From positions 1-64,000 of the forward strand of contig NJBH01000002.1 in assembly GCA_005223125.1 (NCBI GenBank): a DNA stretch of 64,000 bases, given 5' to 3'. Position numbers and translations under genes: made by a program. This stretch comes from Promethearchaeota archaeon Loki_b32 (GTDB lineage Archaea > Asgardarchaeota > Lokiarchaeia > Sigyniarchaeales > SOKP01). This document shows, piece by piece, positions 41,458 to 51,697 of the stretch (position 1 is the stretch's first letter; each line of letters begins with the position of its first letter). The notes below the pieces were generated by a model. The model saw only the letters and a list, made by a program, of their open reading frames with translations. It did not search any database and was not told the origin of the DNA.

Positions 41458-43368
41458 CTATCTATTTAAAGTGTTCATATAATTCAAAATATACTTCCGA
41501 TTACTTTCTGAAATCTTATAAAGATTAAAGACTAATGTATCTATTTGTTTCTGGAGGTTCTCCAATTCACCAATGTTTTCTAAAATTGTCACCACCATTT
41601 CTATTATTTTTTTAGCTTTTTGCTTTTCCTTATCATTAATTGGTATTTTAATGGGAAAATCTTTAATTTTTTCAATCAAAATTCTTGGAAATAACTTTTT
41701 ATATGTACCAAATGATTTTATGAAAAAATAAGATAACAACATTGAATTTATTATTCCCAATAGGTAAAAATGATTGAATTCAGAGATATGTGACTGCTTG
41801 ATTTTTAAATTATAAAAAGATTGAGAAGTTAAAGATAAATTTTTTTCATATGTCGCACAAATTTTACTATTTTGGCTTAATTGTCTAATTACTATTCGAT
41901 CTTCATAGAGACTAAACTTTTTATAATTTATTCCAACTTTGGATATATCGATATACTTATATTGAGTTTTCTGATATCGTCTAATTGAGTATAAATATAA
42001 TTTGAAATTTTCTTTTAGGGCATCTTCAGGAAGGGTGTCGTAAATTATTTTTTCAATCTTTTGCTTATTTAACTGAGCATCACATACACGGCATTTTAAA
42101 AGTTTTTTAGGAACTGGTGTAAATTTTTTACAATTCTCACAATAAATTATCTCTCCTGTTTTAGTTAACTCAACTCCTCTACTTAAAATAAATTTGAATT
42201 CAGGATTATTATCTATATCCTTTAATCTAATGAAATTTTCGGTTAAGTGCTTTATTATAGAGATGTCAGTCTTATTTAAGTGGATTAGAAATTGATAGTT
42301 CCATTTTTCAATTATATCTTGTGGGATGGCCATTTCTTGATTTAATGTTTTTAAATTAATTTGATTCTCAATCCTCTCTAATTTATTAAATTCCTTTTCC
42401 AAAATTATGATTATATTCGAAACAATAGGATCATTAAATTTTGGACCCGTATGGTAAATCTCTTTAATTTTTGTTGAATTATATATATATTTCCTGATGA
42501 CTGATCGATTTGATAAAGCTAAAAGGGAGTCAGGGACAATATAACCCAAAATACCATGGTTTTTTAGAATTCTTATTCCGAGTTCTATAAAAATCTGATA
42601 ATAATCATATTGGCCATCGTTTGTCTTAAAATCGAGACTTTCAATTAATTTTCTTTGATCTTGAGGAATATCTCTAATAAATAGATAAGGAGGATTTCCT
42701 ACAACATAATTATACTTTACCGAATAGTCTATCGTTAAAGCATTAAAATTCTTGATATTAAATTGAGGTAATTGATAATTGGATTCTGATTTTCTTATTA
42801 ACTTTAAAATCTCAAAAATAACAAAATAAATATTAATTTGGCATAAAATACAGGCATTTTGATTAACATCTACTCCAACGATATTTTCATTAACTTTTGA
42901 AATTATAGCTTTAGCTTCATTTGTCGTCAATTGAGAAATTTCCTTTTTTCCATAAATTTCGAGACATCTTATTATAAGGATTCTAATTGCTTGTATAATA
43001 AAGCTCCCAGAACCGCAACTAATATCAATAATTGTTTTATCCTCTATATTGTTAGAACTATTATAGCCAATTACGCTTAAAATATAATTTACTATCGAAA
43101 TTGGAGTATAAAATTCACCCATTTTCTTTTTTTCTTTATGACTTAAAGTGTTTTCATATAATTTACTAAAAATATCATACTCTAGCCTATTTAAATTGTC
43201 ATTTACTCTGGTTGTTTCTTTAACTTTGATATTCTCTAATGAAATGAGATTTTCAAGCAATTTATTTAAAATAAGTTGGTTAGCCTGAGTAGTAGAACTA
43301 TCTTTATAGAAAAAATTTAAACTTTCAATGATTTTTTCTTTTTTTAGATATTTAATGAAATCTTGCAT
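41458..43368 (-). CDS. N6-adenine DNA methyltransferase, gamma class (Eco57I/TaqI-like) with Zn-finger insertion
   Basis: GEFYTP, DISCGSG, GNPPY, TaqI_C-like C-terminus, CENC..CRVC. Confidence 0.9.
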   Translation of the reverse strand: MQDFIKYLKKEKIIESLNFFYKDSSTTQANQLILNKLLENLISLENIKVKETTRVNDNLNRLEYDIFSKLYENTLSHKEKKKMGEFYTPISIVNYILSVIGYNSSNNIEDKTIIDISCGSGSFIIQAIRILIIRCLEIYGKKEISQLTTNEAKAIISKVNENIVGVDVNQNACILCQINIYFVIFEILKLIRKSESNYQLPQFNIKNFNALTIDYSVKYNYVVGNPPYLFIRDIPQDQRKLIESLDFKTNDGQYDYYQIFIELGIRILKNHGILGYIVPDSLLALSNRSVIRKYIYNSTKIKEIYHTGPKFNDPIVSNIIIILEKEFNKLERIENQINLKTLNQEMAIPQDIIEKWNYQFLIHLNKTDISIIKHLTENFIRLKDIDNNPEFKFILSRGVELTKTGEIIYCENCKKFTPVPKKLLKCRVCDAQLNKQKIEKIIYDTLPEDALKENFKLYLYSIRRYQKTQYKYIDISKVGINYKKFSLYEDRIVIRQLSQNSKICATYEKNLSLTSQSFYNLKIKQSHISEFNHFYLLGIINSMLLSYFFIKSFGTYKKLFPRILIEKIKDFPIKIPINDKEKQKAKKIIEMVVTILENIGELENLQKQIDTLVFNLYKISESNRKYILNYMNTLNR

Positions 43369-43583
43369 TTGATACTAAAATTTAATCCCGTTTCTTTAAG
43401 ATTAAATTATAAGTGTATATCTTTTTTTTTATTTGTATTTTAATATAAGCAAATAAATATCGATTTTGCCTAATATAATTGAAGATACGAGAAATTGATA
43501 AACATACACCTAAAAAATGACAAATATAAATAATTATATTCTATATTTTTTTTGTTAGATTATAAGGAATTCATGAATAAATT

Positions 43584-44684
43584 ATGATTATAAATATCCT
43601 TCTGATTATAGCTTCAGTAATGATATCTATTATTGGAATTTTTTACGTTTATCTCAATCGGGAGAATTTGGGTGATACTCTATCCATAATTTTAAATATA
43701 ATCTTATTATTAATTCTGGGTATTTTTTTCCTCTCGTCATTTCTCTTATCCACAGATGTAAATTTAAATGAAGATGTTGTGTTAATTTTATGGTATATCT
43801 CAATTATTTTTTGGGTGTTTTCTATAAGTATATTGAGTGTTATTCAAAAATTTATCATTAAATTTGAAGAAAAAACTATACTTATAACAATCTTTTATTC
43901 ACTTATAATTGGAATAATTCTGGGTTTGAGTTTTCTTTCCAATTCATTTACAATAAATTTGAAGAGTGATAGTTATGAATTTATATTCCAGAATTTATTA
44001 TTACTGTACCTTCTATTAAGTTATAATATTATTATAATAATTGTAATGTGTTATAATCTCATAAGATATTTCATGAGGCTTCGTGATAGTACCTCTCAAA
44101 AAATAATAAGCATACTCACCTTTCAATTTTGTTTTCTTATTATTTTATATTCCATTTATATTATTACTCAAAATATCACTTTCAGATATCTTTATGCAGT
44201 TTTTTATCTTATAGGCGCAATTTTAGCAAGTTATTTTATAATTACTAAACCATTTCTATTTATTGAACTTACCAATAAAATTCATGACTTCATTATCTTC
44301 CATAGAAGTGGAATTCTTTTGTATTCATATAATTTCGAAACTGGACAAGAAACTGATGAATCTCTCTTAAAAGGATCAATTCTTATTGGGATTAATCACA
44401 TTCTTTCTAATTTTATTGATAAAAAAGATCAGTTAAATCTTATTAAAATGAAGAATAGGGATATTATTCTTGAATATGACAATACTCATGGTTATGCACT
44501 TTTATTAACTGCTAATCATAAAAACAAATTTATAGATAAAGCAGTCAATAGCTTTATGACAAAATTTACTTCATTAAATGGAGAAAAATTGAAAAATTTA
44601 AATGGGTTAATTGATGTTTCAGAATTTAGGAATGCAAAGGAAATTATTATAGAAAATTTTGAACCTTTTATTAAAAAAAAATAA
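43584..44684 (+). CDS. 7TM membrane protein with C-terminal longin-like domain
   Basis: Seven hydrophobic segments, then FIIFHRSGILLYSYNF...GSILIGINHILS. Confidence 0.75.
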   Translation: MIINILLIIASVMISIIGIFYVYLNRENLGDTLSIILNIILLLILGIFFLSSFLLSTDVNLNEDVVLILWYISIIFWVFSISILSVIQKFIIKFEEKTILITIFYSLIIGIILGLSFLSNSFTINLKSDSYEFIFQNLLLLYLLLSYNIIIIIVMCYNLIRYFMRLRDSTSQKIISILTFQFCFLIILYSIYIITQNITFRYLYAVFYLIGAILASYFIITKPFLFIELTNKIHDFIIFHRSGILLYSYNFETGQETDESLLKGSILIGINHILSNFIDKKDQLNLIKMKNRDIILEYDNTHGYALLLTANHKNKFIDKAVNSFMTKFTSLNGEKLKNLNGLIDVSEFRNAKEIIIENFEPFIKKK

Positions 44685-44876
44685 AGTATTTAAAAAGAAA
44701 ACATCAATGATAATTAGATTTTAGTTTCGTTGATTAAATCTGCTTTTTTGACACTTAATTAAAATAAAAAAAATTATATTTATGACCATATGTTCATATT
44801 CAATAAGGCTAATATATTTTTAATGAAATCACATAAATTATAGAATAAAATAAAGTACTTTTATTAAATTCAAATT

Positions 44877-45995
44877 ATGGCGGAGACTCTATTAATAGCA
44901 CCAATAATAATTGGATATATTTTCATTTTATGTGTAAGTGTTTATACCTTAACTTCTATATTAATTCACCATCAAAAGTATGGAGTAAAATTAACTGTAA
45001 TTCTAAATTTCTTAGCGATTTTTAATGCTGTTATGATTTATTCAACAATTTACTTCATTTCTGTCATCTTCTTCTATACTGAAGGTACTAACATTCTATT
45101 ATGGAAATTTTCTCTTATTTCTGGTTTTATTGGCTTAATTCTGATCTCTTTAATTTATGCTTTCTTAAAGGAATTTAAGAAAGTTCCATATTTCCCCTTT
45201 TTGTACTTCATGATCCTTTTTGGATTATTAATTGGTTCTTTTTTTATGCCTAATTCGGTCCAAGTTTCCATAATTTCAGATATTTCAATAATAAATTATA
45301 CATTTAATTTTATGACAGGGTTGATTATTAGCATTTTTCAATCTTCTTTTGTTATCTATTTTTTCTTCCTTTGTTACAATATATATAAAAAGGCAAGGGA
45401 TAAAGCAGCTCTGAAAGGTTTAATTATTAATTCCTTTATATTAGCATTTCCTATTTTAATGTACGTTTTTTATATTGCGACCCAAGTGTGGGTTTTTAGA
45501 GAATTACATATTTTTTCTTTATGGATTAATATCACATCAATGTGCTTCATAATAGTAAAGAAACCTGAGATTTTTTCTGAATTGACAAATAAAATATATT
45601 ATATCAACATTTACCATAAATCAGGAATATTACTGTTTTCTTACAAATTTAAAACTTCTAATAATGAGGTTGATTCAACTATATGGGGAAATATACTTAT
45701 TGGAATTAACCATATTCTCTCTGAATTTGTAGATACAAAAGACCAAATTGAAGTTCTTCAAACTGAAAATTCAGATATCATAGTGAATTACGATAACTTT
45801 GGATTTGCTGTAGTTTTAATAACCAATCATAAAAATGCGATTTTGAAAAAATTAATGGATAATTTTGCCAAAGAATTTCGTGGTAAGTATAAAAACGAAT
45901 TAACTGAAATCCAAGATCTTAATAAATTAATTAATGTCTCAGAATTCAAAGAAACAAAAGATATTATAGAAAAAAATTTCCAAATATATCTATGA
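44877..45995 (+). CDS. 7TM membrane protein with C-terminal longin-like domain (paralog)
   Basis: Seven hydrophobic segments, then INIYHKSGILLFSYKF...GNILIGINHILS. Confidence 0.75.
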   Translation: MAETLLIAPIIIGYIFILCVSVYTLTSILIHHQKYGVKLTVILNFLAIFNAVMIYSTIYFISVIFFYTEGTNILLWKFSLISGFIGLILISLIYAFLKEFKKVPYFPFLYFMILFGLLIGSFFMPNSVQVSIISDISIINYTFNFMTGLIISIFQSSFVIYFFFLCYNIYKKARDKAALKGLIINSFILAFPILMYVFYIATQVWVFRELHIFSLWINITSMCFIIVKKPEIFSELTNKIYYINIYHKSGILLFSYKFKTSNNEVDSTIWGNILIGINHILSEFVDTKDQIEVLQTENSDIIVNYDNFGFAVVLITNHKNAILKKLMDNFAKEFRGKYKNELTEIQDLNKLINVSEFKETKDIIEKNFQIYL

Positions 45996-46108
45996 TTTAT
46001 TCTTCTACTTAAAATTGGACTCCAGAAATCATAAATATATCACAAATTTATCTTATTATAAAATAAAATCACAATATAATAAAAGTAAAAAAAAGGAGCC
46101 AATAAAAA

Positions 46109-46669
46109 GTGTCATTAAAATTCTGCCCTAAATGTGGAAATAAATTAGAACCAGACACAACATTTTGTCCTGGTTGTGGTGTGGATTTAAAATCGAGAAC
46201 AGAGGTTTCAAAAACTGCAGTCGATAAAGAAGAGGGAGAATACGCTGAATTATTACCAAGAATAATTGCTCTCTTCATAGACGGGATAATAATTGGTATA
46301 ATTAGTTCAAGCCTTTCAGTGGCAATATTAGTGTCTTGGATACCCTTTAATATTTTTGATCCTTTTGGAGGGTTATGGTTTGTATCTTTTCCTTTTAACT
46401 GGGTCATTGGATTTCTGTACTCATGGTTATTTGAAACATATAATAATGGTCAAACTGTTGGCAAAATAGTTTTAAATTTAAGAACTGTAGATGAAAAAAC
46501 TCTTGGTCCAGCAAGTCCAAGCAATTATGCAATTAATAATCTGTTAAAACCTTCTGGTTTAATAATACTGGATTTCATTATTGGAGTTATGAAAAATTCT
46601 GGAGACCCTAAAAACCGATACAGAATAATGCAAAATGTATCTGAAACAGTTGTAATAACAACTAAATAA
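46109..46669 (+). CDS. RDD family membrane protein with N-terminal zinc ribbon
   Basis: CPKC..CPGC; RIIALFID; GQTVGK. Confidence 0.88.
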   Translation: MSLKFCPKCGNKLEPDTTFCPGCGVDLKSRTEVSKTAVDKEEGEYAELLPRIIALFIDGIIIGIISSSLSVAILVSWIPFNIFDPFGGLWFVSFPFNWVIGFLYSWLFETYNNGQTVGKIVLNLRTVDEKTLGPASPSNYAINNLLKPSGLIILDFIIGVMKNSGDPKNRYRIMQNVSETVVITTK

Positions 46670-46696
46670 TTTTATTATTGGGAGATGTAATAATTT

Positions 46697-47317
46697 ATGA
46701 AACCCGATTTGGATAGCATTATAAGTTTAACAAAAGAGCATATTAAACCCTCATGCGAAGTATCAGGAAGAACTTTTCAAGATTATCCTACTTCAATACT
46801 TATGTTTCCTGATGAGATTGAAAGAAAGGAAAAAATCAAATTTGGATTCGAAATGATTCTTAAATATGGTATTCTTCGTGGCGAAGTTTATGCTACTTCT
46901 CCAAATTTAGAAGGAATAGCTGTCTGGTTGCCTCCAAAAAAAGTTCATCAGAGTATTTGGAGTCTTATTAGATGTGGGGGATTTCACGTTATGCGTAAAA
47001 CTGGTCTAAAAGCAATGAAGAAAGGGAAGCCTCTGCATGATTATATGGGTCCCGCACATAAACGCCTTGTGCCCTTTGATCACTGGTATTTACAATCAAT
47101 TGCTGTTGAGCCGGAAGAACAAAGAAAAGGCTATGGAGGCCTCCTCTTAAAGGCGATGATAACAAAAATCGATAGAGAAGGATTACCTATTTATTTAGAA
47201 ACTAATACAGAAAAAAATGTGTCATTCTATCAGAATTATGGTTTTAAAGTTGTTGAACATGTTATAGTACCTAAAACTGAGGTCCCTTTTTGGTGCATGT
47301 TAAGAAATAATAGTTAA
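46697..47317 (+). CDS. GNAT N-acetyltransferase
   Basis: HWYL..IAVEPEEQRKGYG, YLET, NVSFYQNYGF. Confidence 0.9.
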   Translation: MKPDLDSIISLTKEHIKPSCEVSGRTFQDYPTSILMFPDEIERKEKIKFGFEMILKYGILRGEVYATSPNLEGIAVWLPPKKVHQSIWSLIRCGGFHVMRKTGLKAMKKGKPLHDYMGPAHKRLVPFDHWYLQSIAVEPEEQRKGYGGLLLKAMITKIDREGLPIYLETNTEKNVSFYQNYGFKVVEHVIVPKTEVPFWCMLRNNS

Positions 47318-47492
47318 AATTAGATTGAATTTAATTGAATGATAATATTTTTTCAATTTTTAAACGTATTATCTTATTTTCTCTTTTCTTTCTTTTATTT
47401 CATCAGAAAATTATTACTATCTAAACATTTAAAAAGCTACATTTTTATGGATAACCACAGAGAATATATTATCATAATAATAATTAATATAA

Positions 47493-47708
47493 ATGGTTAA
47501 TATAATGGAATTAGTAGCCCAAGATGTTGAATGGAAAACTGATTGGAATGTTATTGTTGGAATTTTTGAGACGATTGATCATCTAAAATCATTATTTAAG
47601 AAGATTGATGTTACCTATTTGAGGGAAATACAACAAAAAATGTTAATTCTTAACCTTGAGAAATATGCTTGGTCATTACAAAATTACATCATTGAGAAAT
47701 ATTCATAA
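47493..47708 (+). CDS. Small hypothetical protein
   Basis: 71-aa helical ORF alone in an intergenic space. Confidence 0.6.
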   Translation: MVNIMELVAQDVEWKTDWNVIVGIFETIDHLKSLFKKIDVTYLREIQQKMLILNLEKYAWSLQNYIIEKYS

Positions 47709-47880
47709 ATTTATAAATATATATTTCCGCCCCACTCTATAGAGAAATCTATATCCATTTCTCTACCTAACCTTTAAGTAACTTAACTTTTATTAAACAA
47801 AAAATAGAATTATAATTAATATTTATAAATCTATTTCACAGCTTTAGGATTAGATCTCCGTTAAGGATGAATAAAATTTC

Positions 47881-48594
47881 TTATTTTTTCTTTAATTTTT
47901 TCAAAATTTCAATAAAATCAACTCTTAACATGAGAAATACTGTAATTACAGTAAAATAAAGAGTGACTATACTAAGTATCCAATTTTCTCCTCCTAAAAA
48001 CATACAAATATAGAATATATTATAGGCAAAAATTAGCATTAATCCAAGTTTTCCAAACCATACCCAAAAAATTGTTTTCTTAACATCGTATTTTATCAAT
48101 CCTAAAGGTATAGTTATCATATCATCATTTAATGGCGTAAGTCCAAAAAGATATATGAGGAATGGGGCTATTTTTGGGTGATCCACCAAATATTGTTGAT
48201 ATTTTTTCAAATTTTCACTTCTTTCTGTTGAAATTAATTCAGAAGCCCCCCTACCAACTAAATATCCACCCATCTCTCCAACTAAACATCCTAATGAAGC
48301 TATAAAACCTACTAATAGAGGAATAAAAACATTCAATTCTCGAAAAGGTAGAGCACTAAAACACACTACAAAAGTATATGGTGTAGGAACTGGAAGTAGA
48401 TTTCCAATCATACAAACCAAAAAAGTAATAAAAAGACCAGAGCCCAAATCTTGAAATTGAGGAAATCTTGAGATATTTTCTATAGCATCCCTATGAGAAG
48501 CATTTATTAAAAGATCTATCGAAATAATTGTCAAAATTGTTAATATTATGAATAAAATAAAGTCAATCTTTTTAAGTTTCAATTTAGGTAGCAC
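47881..48594 (-). CDS. DedA/VTT-domain membrane protein
   Basis: LPVPTP, GEMGGYLVGR, LTPLNDD..IPLGL. Confidence 0.85.
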   Translation of the reverse strand: MLPKLKLKKIDFILFIILTILTIISIDLLINASHRDAIENISRFPQFQDLGSGLFITFLVCMIGNLLPVPTPYTFVVCFSALPFRELNVFIPLLVGFIASLGCLVGEMGGYLVGRGASELISTERSENLKKYQQYLVDHPKIAPFLIYLFGLTPLNDDMITIPLGLIKYDVKKTIFWVWFGKLGLMLIFAYNIFYICMFLGGENWILSIVTLYFTVITVFLMLRVDFIEILKKLKKK

Positions 48595-48655
48595 ATTTTA
48601 TCTGGTAATTTAGGTAAAAGATTTTAAATTAAATAATTAATGTATCTGGAGAATT

Positions 48656-48808
48656 TTAGGGCAAAGAACTTATAATAAAAACTATACTTAAAATAATACT
48701 TAAGAACATCACAAACATAATTATTAAACCATAACTTCTTCTCTTTGTCTGTTTCCTTCTTAAAACAGCTCTTCGTTGTTGAGATGGACTTCGTCTAACG
48801 TGAGACAT
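48656..48808 (-). CDS. Small basic protein with C-terminal TM helix (50 aa, not in the ORF track)
   Basis: MSHVRRSPSQQRRAVLRRKQTKRRSYGLIIMFVMFLSIILSIVFIISSLP; fills the gap between two co-oriented genes. Confidence 0.65.
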   Translation of the reverse strand: MSHVRRSPSQQRRAVLRRKQTKRRSYGLIIMFVMFLSIILSIVFIISSLP

Positions 48809-48837
48809 TTTTTTCTTTAGAATAAGATATTATAATT

Positions 48838-49533
48838 TTAATTGTTTTTCTTATCAGTTTTCTGTAAAAGTTCAATTAATACAACCTTATTGAATGAAAA
48901 GAGCATTCTAGGGATATATTTTTCTGCTAAATAGGGTCCATCATCAATATCTTCTTTTAATGGAAAAAGTTGTTTTTCTTTTATAGCTGATCCTAAATAA
49001 TTTCTGTCATACTCCTTGTACCCAAATACTTTATTTTTAACTATAACCATCTTTATTTCATATCCTTCAGGCACACCAGCTTTTTCAAGAAGTAAAAGTA
49101 TCTTCTCCCTTGATAGAGATTTAAATAATTCCAAATCTTCTTCAGTTCCTTCATAAGTAGGTCCAGTTTGTGCTTCTGTATAATCAACTTCCTCTTCTAA
49201 ACCTATAGCTATTTTGAATCCTAAAGTCTCATTACCCTCATCTACCGCTGCTATTTTAAAACCAATTCCATATCTATCTCTAATACTAGGTGCTAATTTA
49301 GCAGCAATGAATTTCATTCTGGTAGTAGTATTACTTCCATGCCAAATCCACACTCTATATCGAGTAAAATCAACAAAAAGTAATACGAAATCGGGATCTA
49401 ATAATTCTTGTATTTCTATATCTTCTTCTAACTCTAGTTCTTGAAACTCATTTAATTCATCATTATACTGAAATACAATAATTTTCTCTTTATCTAACTC
49501 TGGTAAGTTTTCGTTTGACATAATGTTGGTCAA
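48838..49533 (-). CDS. Gelsolin-domain protein with C-terminal extra domain (Asgard single-domain gelsolin-like)
   Basis: LDPDFVLLFVD...VWIWHG...KFIAAKLA...VDEGNETLGF matches the gelsolin repeat pattern. Confidence 0.82.
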   Translation of the reverse strand: MTNIMSNENLPELDKEKIIVFQYNDELNEFQELELEEDIEIQELLDPDFVLLFVDFTRYRVWIWHGSNTTTRMKFIAAKLAPSIRDRYGIGFKIAAVDEGNETLGFKIAIGLEEEVDYTEAQTGPTYEGTEEDLELFKSLSREKILLLLEKAGVPEGYEIKMVIVKNKVFGYKEYDRNYLGSAIKEKQLFPLKEDIDDGPYLAEKYIPRMLFSFNKVVLIELLQKTDKKNN

Positions 49534-49666
49534 ATAGTTTTCAATATATAATACTATATAATTTTACTAATATATTATTATTTTTACATTTAAAATGATT
49601 GGCTCTGATTTAAGAGATTAATAATAGAAGTTCAATTATGAATTAAAATGAATTAATTAAGAAACA

Positions 49667-49751
49667 TGCGGGAAGGGAGATTTGAACTCCCGAACTCCTA
49701 CGAGAATGGGACCTGAACCCATCGCTTTTGACCAAGCTTGGCTATTCCCGC
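49667..49751 (-). tRNA. tRNA-Leu (CAG)
   Basis: GCGGGAA acceptor stem, ATGGG-TTCAGGT-CCCAT anticodon arm, long variable arm, GTTCAAATC; no intron, no encoded CCA. Confidence 0.96.
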
Positions 49752-49858
49752 AAAGTTTTTGTATTTTATACTAATTACTTATCTACTTATCTATTAATTA
49801 TTTTAAATTACTAAAAATTTTAACGATTTTTAAAAAATACATTTAGCTAGAGAGATAA

Positions 49859-50485
49859 ATGCAAGAACTATTGGATACATTAGAAACTCTTAAAACTAGC
49901 GAGATTAAAGAATGTATTGATGCTCGTTTAGCTGAATTTAGTATGATTAAAACCCAACCTATACATCAGATCTTTAAAGAGCTTTGTTTTTGTATCATGA
50001 CTGCTAACTGCAGTGCTGCGAAATGTATTGAAGTACATGAAACTATTGGAGAAGATTTTCTTACAGTCTCTGAAATCGGATTAGCTAACAAATTCAAAGA
50101 GTTAGGATACCGCTTTCCAAATGTGAGGTCCAGTTTTATTATTGAAGCAAGAAAAAAGATGTATCATCTAGAAAATGTTATTAAGTCTACCAATAATGGA
50201 AACCAATTAAGAGATTGGATTGTTAAAAATATAAAGGGTATTGGATATAAAGAAGCTAGCCATTTCTTAAGAAATATAGGTTTTAATGAGTATGCAATTA
50301 TAGATTTTCATATTATTAACCTTTTAGCTAAATATAATATTGTGGAAAAACCAAAAACGATGACAAAAACAAAGTATCTCGAAATTGAAGAAATATTGAA
50401 AAACATAGGAAACAAATTGAAATTAAACATGGCAGAATTGGATCTTTATTTATGGTACTTGGAAACAGGAAAGATTCTCAAATAA
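49859..50485 (+). CDS. ogg: 8-oxoguanine DNA glycosylase/AP lyase (Ogg2-type)
   Basis: FCIMTAN, GYRF, KGIGYKEASHFLRN, C-terminal GKILK. Confidence 0.92.
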   Translation: MQELLDTLETLKTSEIKECIDARLAEFSMIKTQPIHQIFKELCFCIMTANCSAAKCIEVHETIGEDFLTVSEIGLANKFKELGYRFPNVRSSFIIEARKKMYHLENVIKSTNNGNQLRDWIVKNIKGIGYKEASHFLRNIGFNEYAIIDFHIINLLAKYNIVEKPKTMTKTKYLEIEEILKNIGNKLKLNMAELDLYLWYLETGKILK

Positions 50486-50587
50486 TCGTAGTTATTCATT
50501 AACTGAATTGGTCTTAAAATCTTTTTATTTAATAATTTGAACAGTAGGTATATAAAAAAAAATTAGAAAAAAAAGTTGTTAATCTTT

Positions 50588-51283
50588 TTACAAATTTTGT
50601 CCACACCCTGGACAAAATTTAGCTTCTGCACTCGGTATTTTTTCACCACAAGCAGGACAAAATTTAATGCTTTGAGATTCCTCAATGGGAATAGGTTGGG
50701 AAATAGCTTCACTTACTAGTGCTTCCTCTTTACTCACTGGTGTAATATCTTTACTTATTGGAGTAATTTCCATTTGTTCCTTTCCAACACTTTTACTAAT
50801 AATATATCCTAAGATTGACAGGCCCCCCGAAATGAAGGGAGCAATTGCTCCGAAACTGGGATCAAAAATGTCCCAAAAACTTAATTGCATGTCATAATTT
50901 ATCATCCCATATATCATATAACCTACCTCCGTTCCTGCAATATAGTAGATAGCCCCTCCAATAAATAAAATACCTAATACGATCCAAGAAGCAGGTGCAT
51001 CACTTTTTCTATGGGTGAGAGAGGAAATGAACATAATAATTGTGCTAGTTAGCATTAAAATTAGGCAGACAATCCCCACAATCATTAGAATAGGGATATC
51101 GACAAATCCGAATTCGGGAGTTCCTCTTCCTAAAATTACATAAAAACCATCCATATATTGAAGTAATTGACCTGATCCAGAAGAAATAACTGCTGCAGGT
51201 GTGAAAATGCTAATTGCTGCGAGTATACTTCCGATAAAAGGTAAAATCCAAATATAATCTCTAATTCCAGACATATTTTTCAA
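50588..51283 (-). CDS. Four-TM membrane protein with C-terminal zinc ribbon
   Basis: Four hydrophobic segments; CPACG..CPGCG. Confidence 0.8.
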   Translation of the reverse strand: MKNMSGIRDYIWILPFIGSILAAISIFTPAAVISSGSGQLLQYMDGFYVILGRGTPEFGFVDIPILMIVGIVCLILMLTSTIIMFISSLTHRKSDAPASWIVLGILFIGGAIYYIAGTEVGYMIYGMINYDMQLSFWDIFDPSFGAIAPFISGGLSILGYIISKSVGKEQMEITPISKDITPVSKEEALVSEAISQPIPIEESQSIKFCPACGEKIPSAEAKFCPGCGQNL

Positions 51284-51697
51284 CTTTGTTGTTAAATTTA
51301 AAAAAATTGGATTGTGTTACAATAATATAATTACTTACTGATTTATCATTATCTTCTTTCTTATTTAACACTTTAGTTTCTAGTCTAAGTTAGCAAAAGA
51401 GTTAAAGCTTAAAGTTTTGAGAAGCGTAAATTTAAATAATAAAATAAGAAATTCAACATTAACAATTAAATGATTAAGAAGTGATTTAAGGTAAGATACC
51501 CAAATAAAGTAATAGAATTAATTAAGCAAATCCCTAAGGAACATTCTGGATTAAAAAAGTTAATTAAAAAAAATTACCAAAGAATAAATTTTGATAATTT
51601 AAAGGTTCCTGATAATATAAGTGATGCAATTTTATTAGAGGATTTTTATAAACAAGTAATTAATGAAATTCTTTTATCAAATCAAGACTCTTTAGAA

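Noticed and set aside
46069-46407. Antisense ORFs here and at 3917, 4978, 8158, 9969, 21125, 27526, 27793, 63468 and similar
   Set aside because: Shadows of well-supported genes on the opposite strand.
49600-49751. tRNA-Leu as an integration site
   Set aside because: No duplicated tRNA 3' end or integrase noticed in the window.
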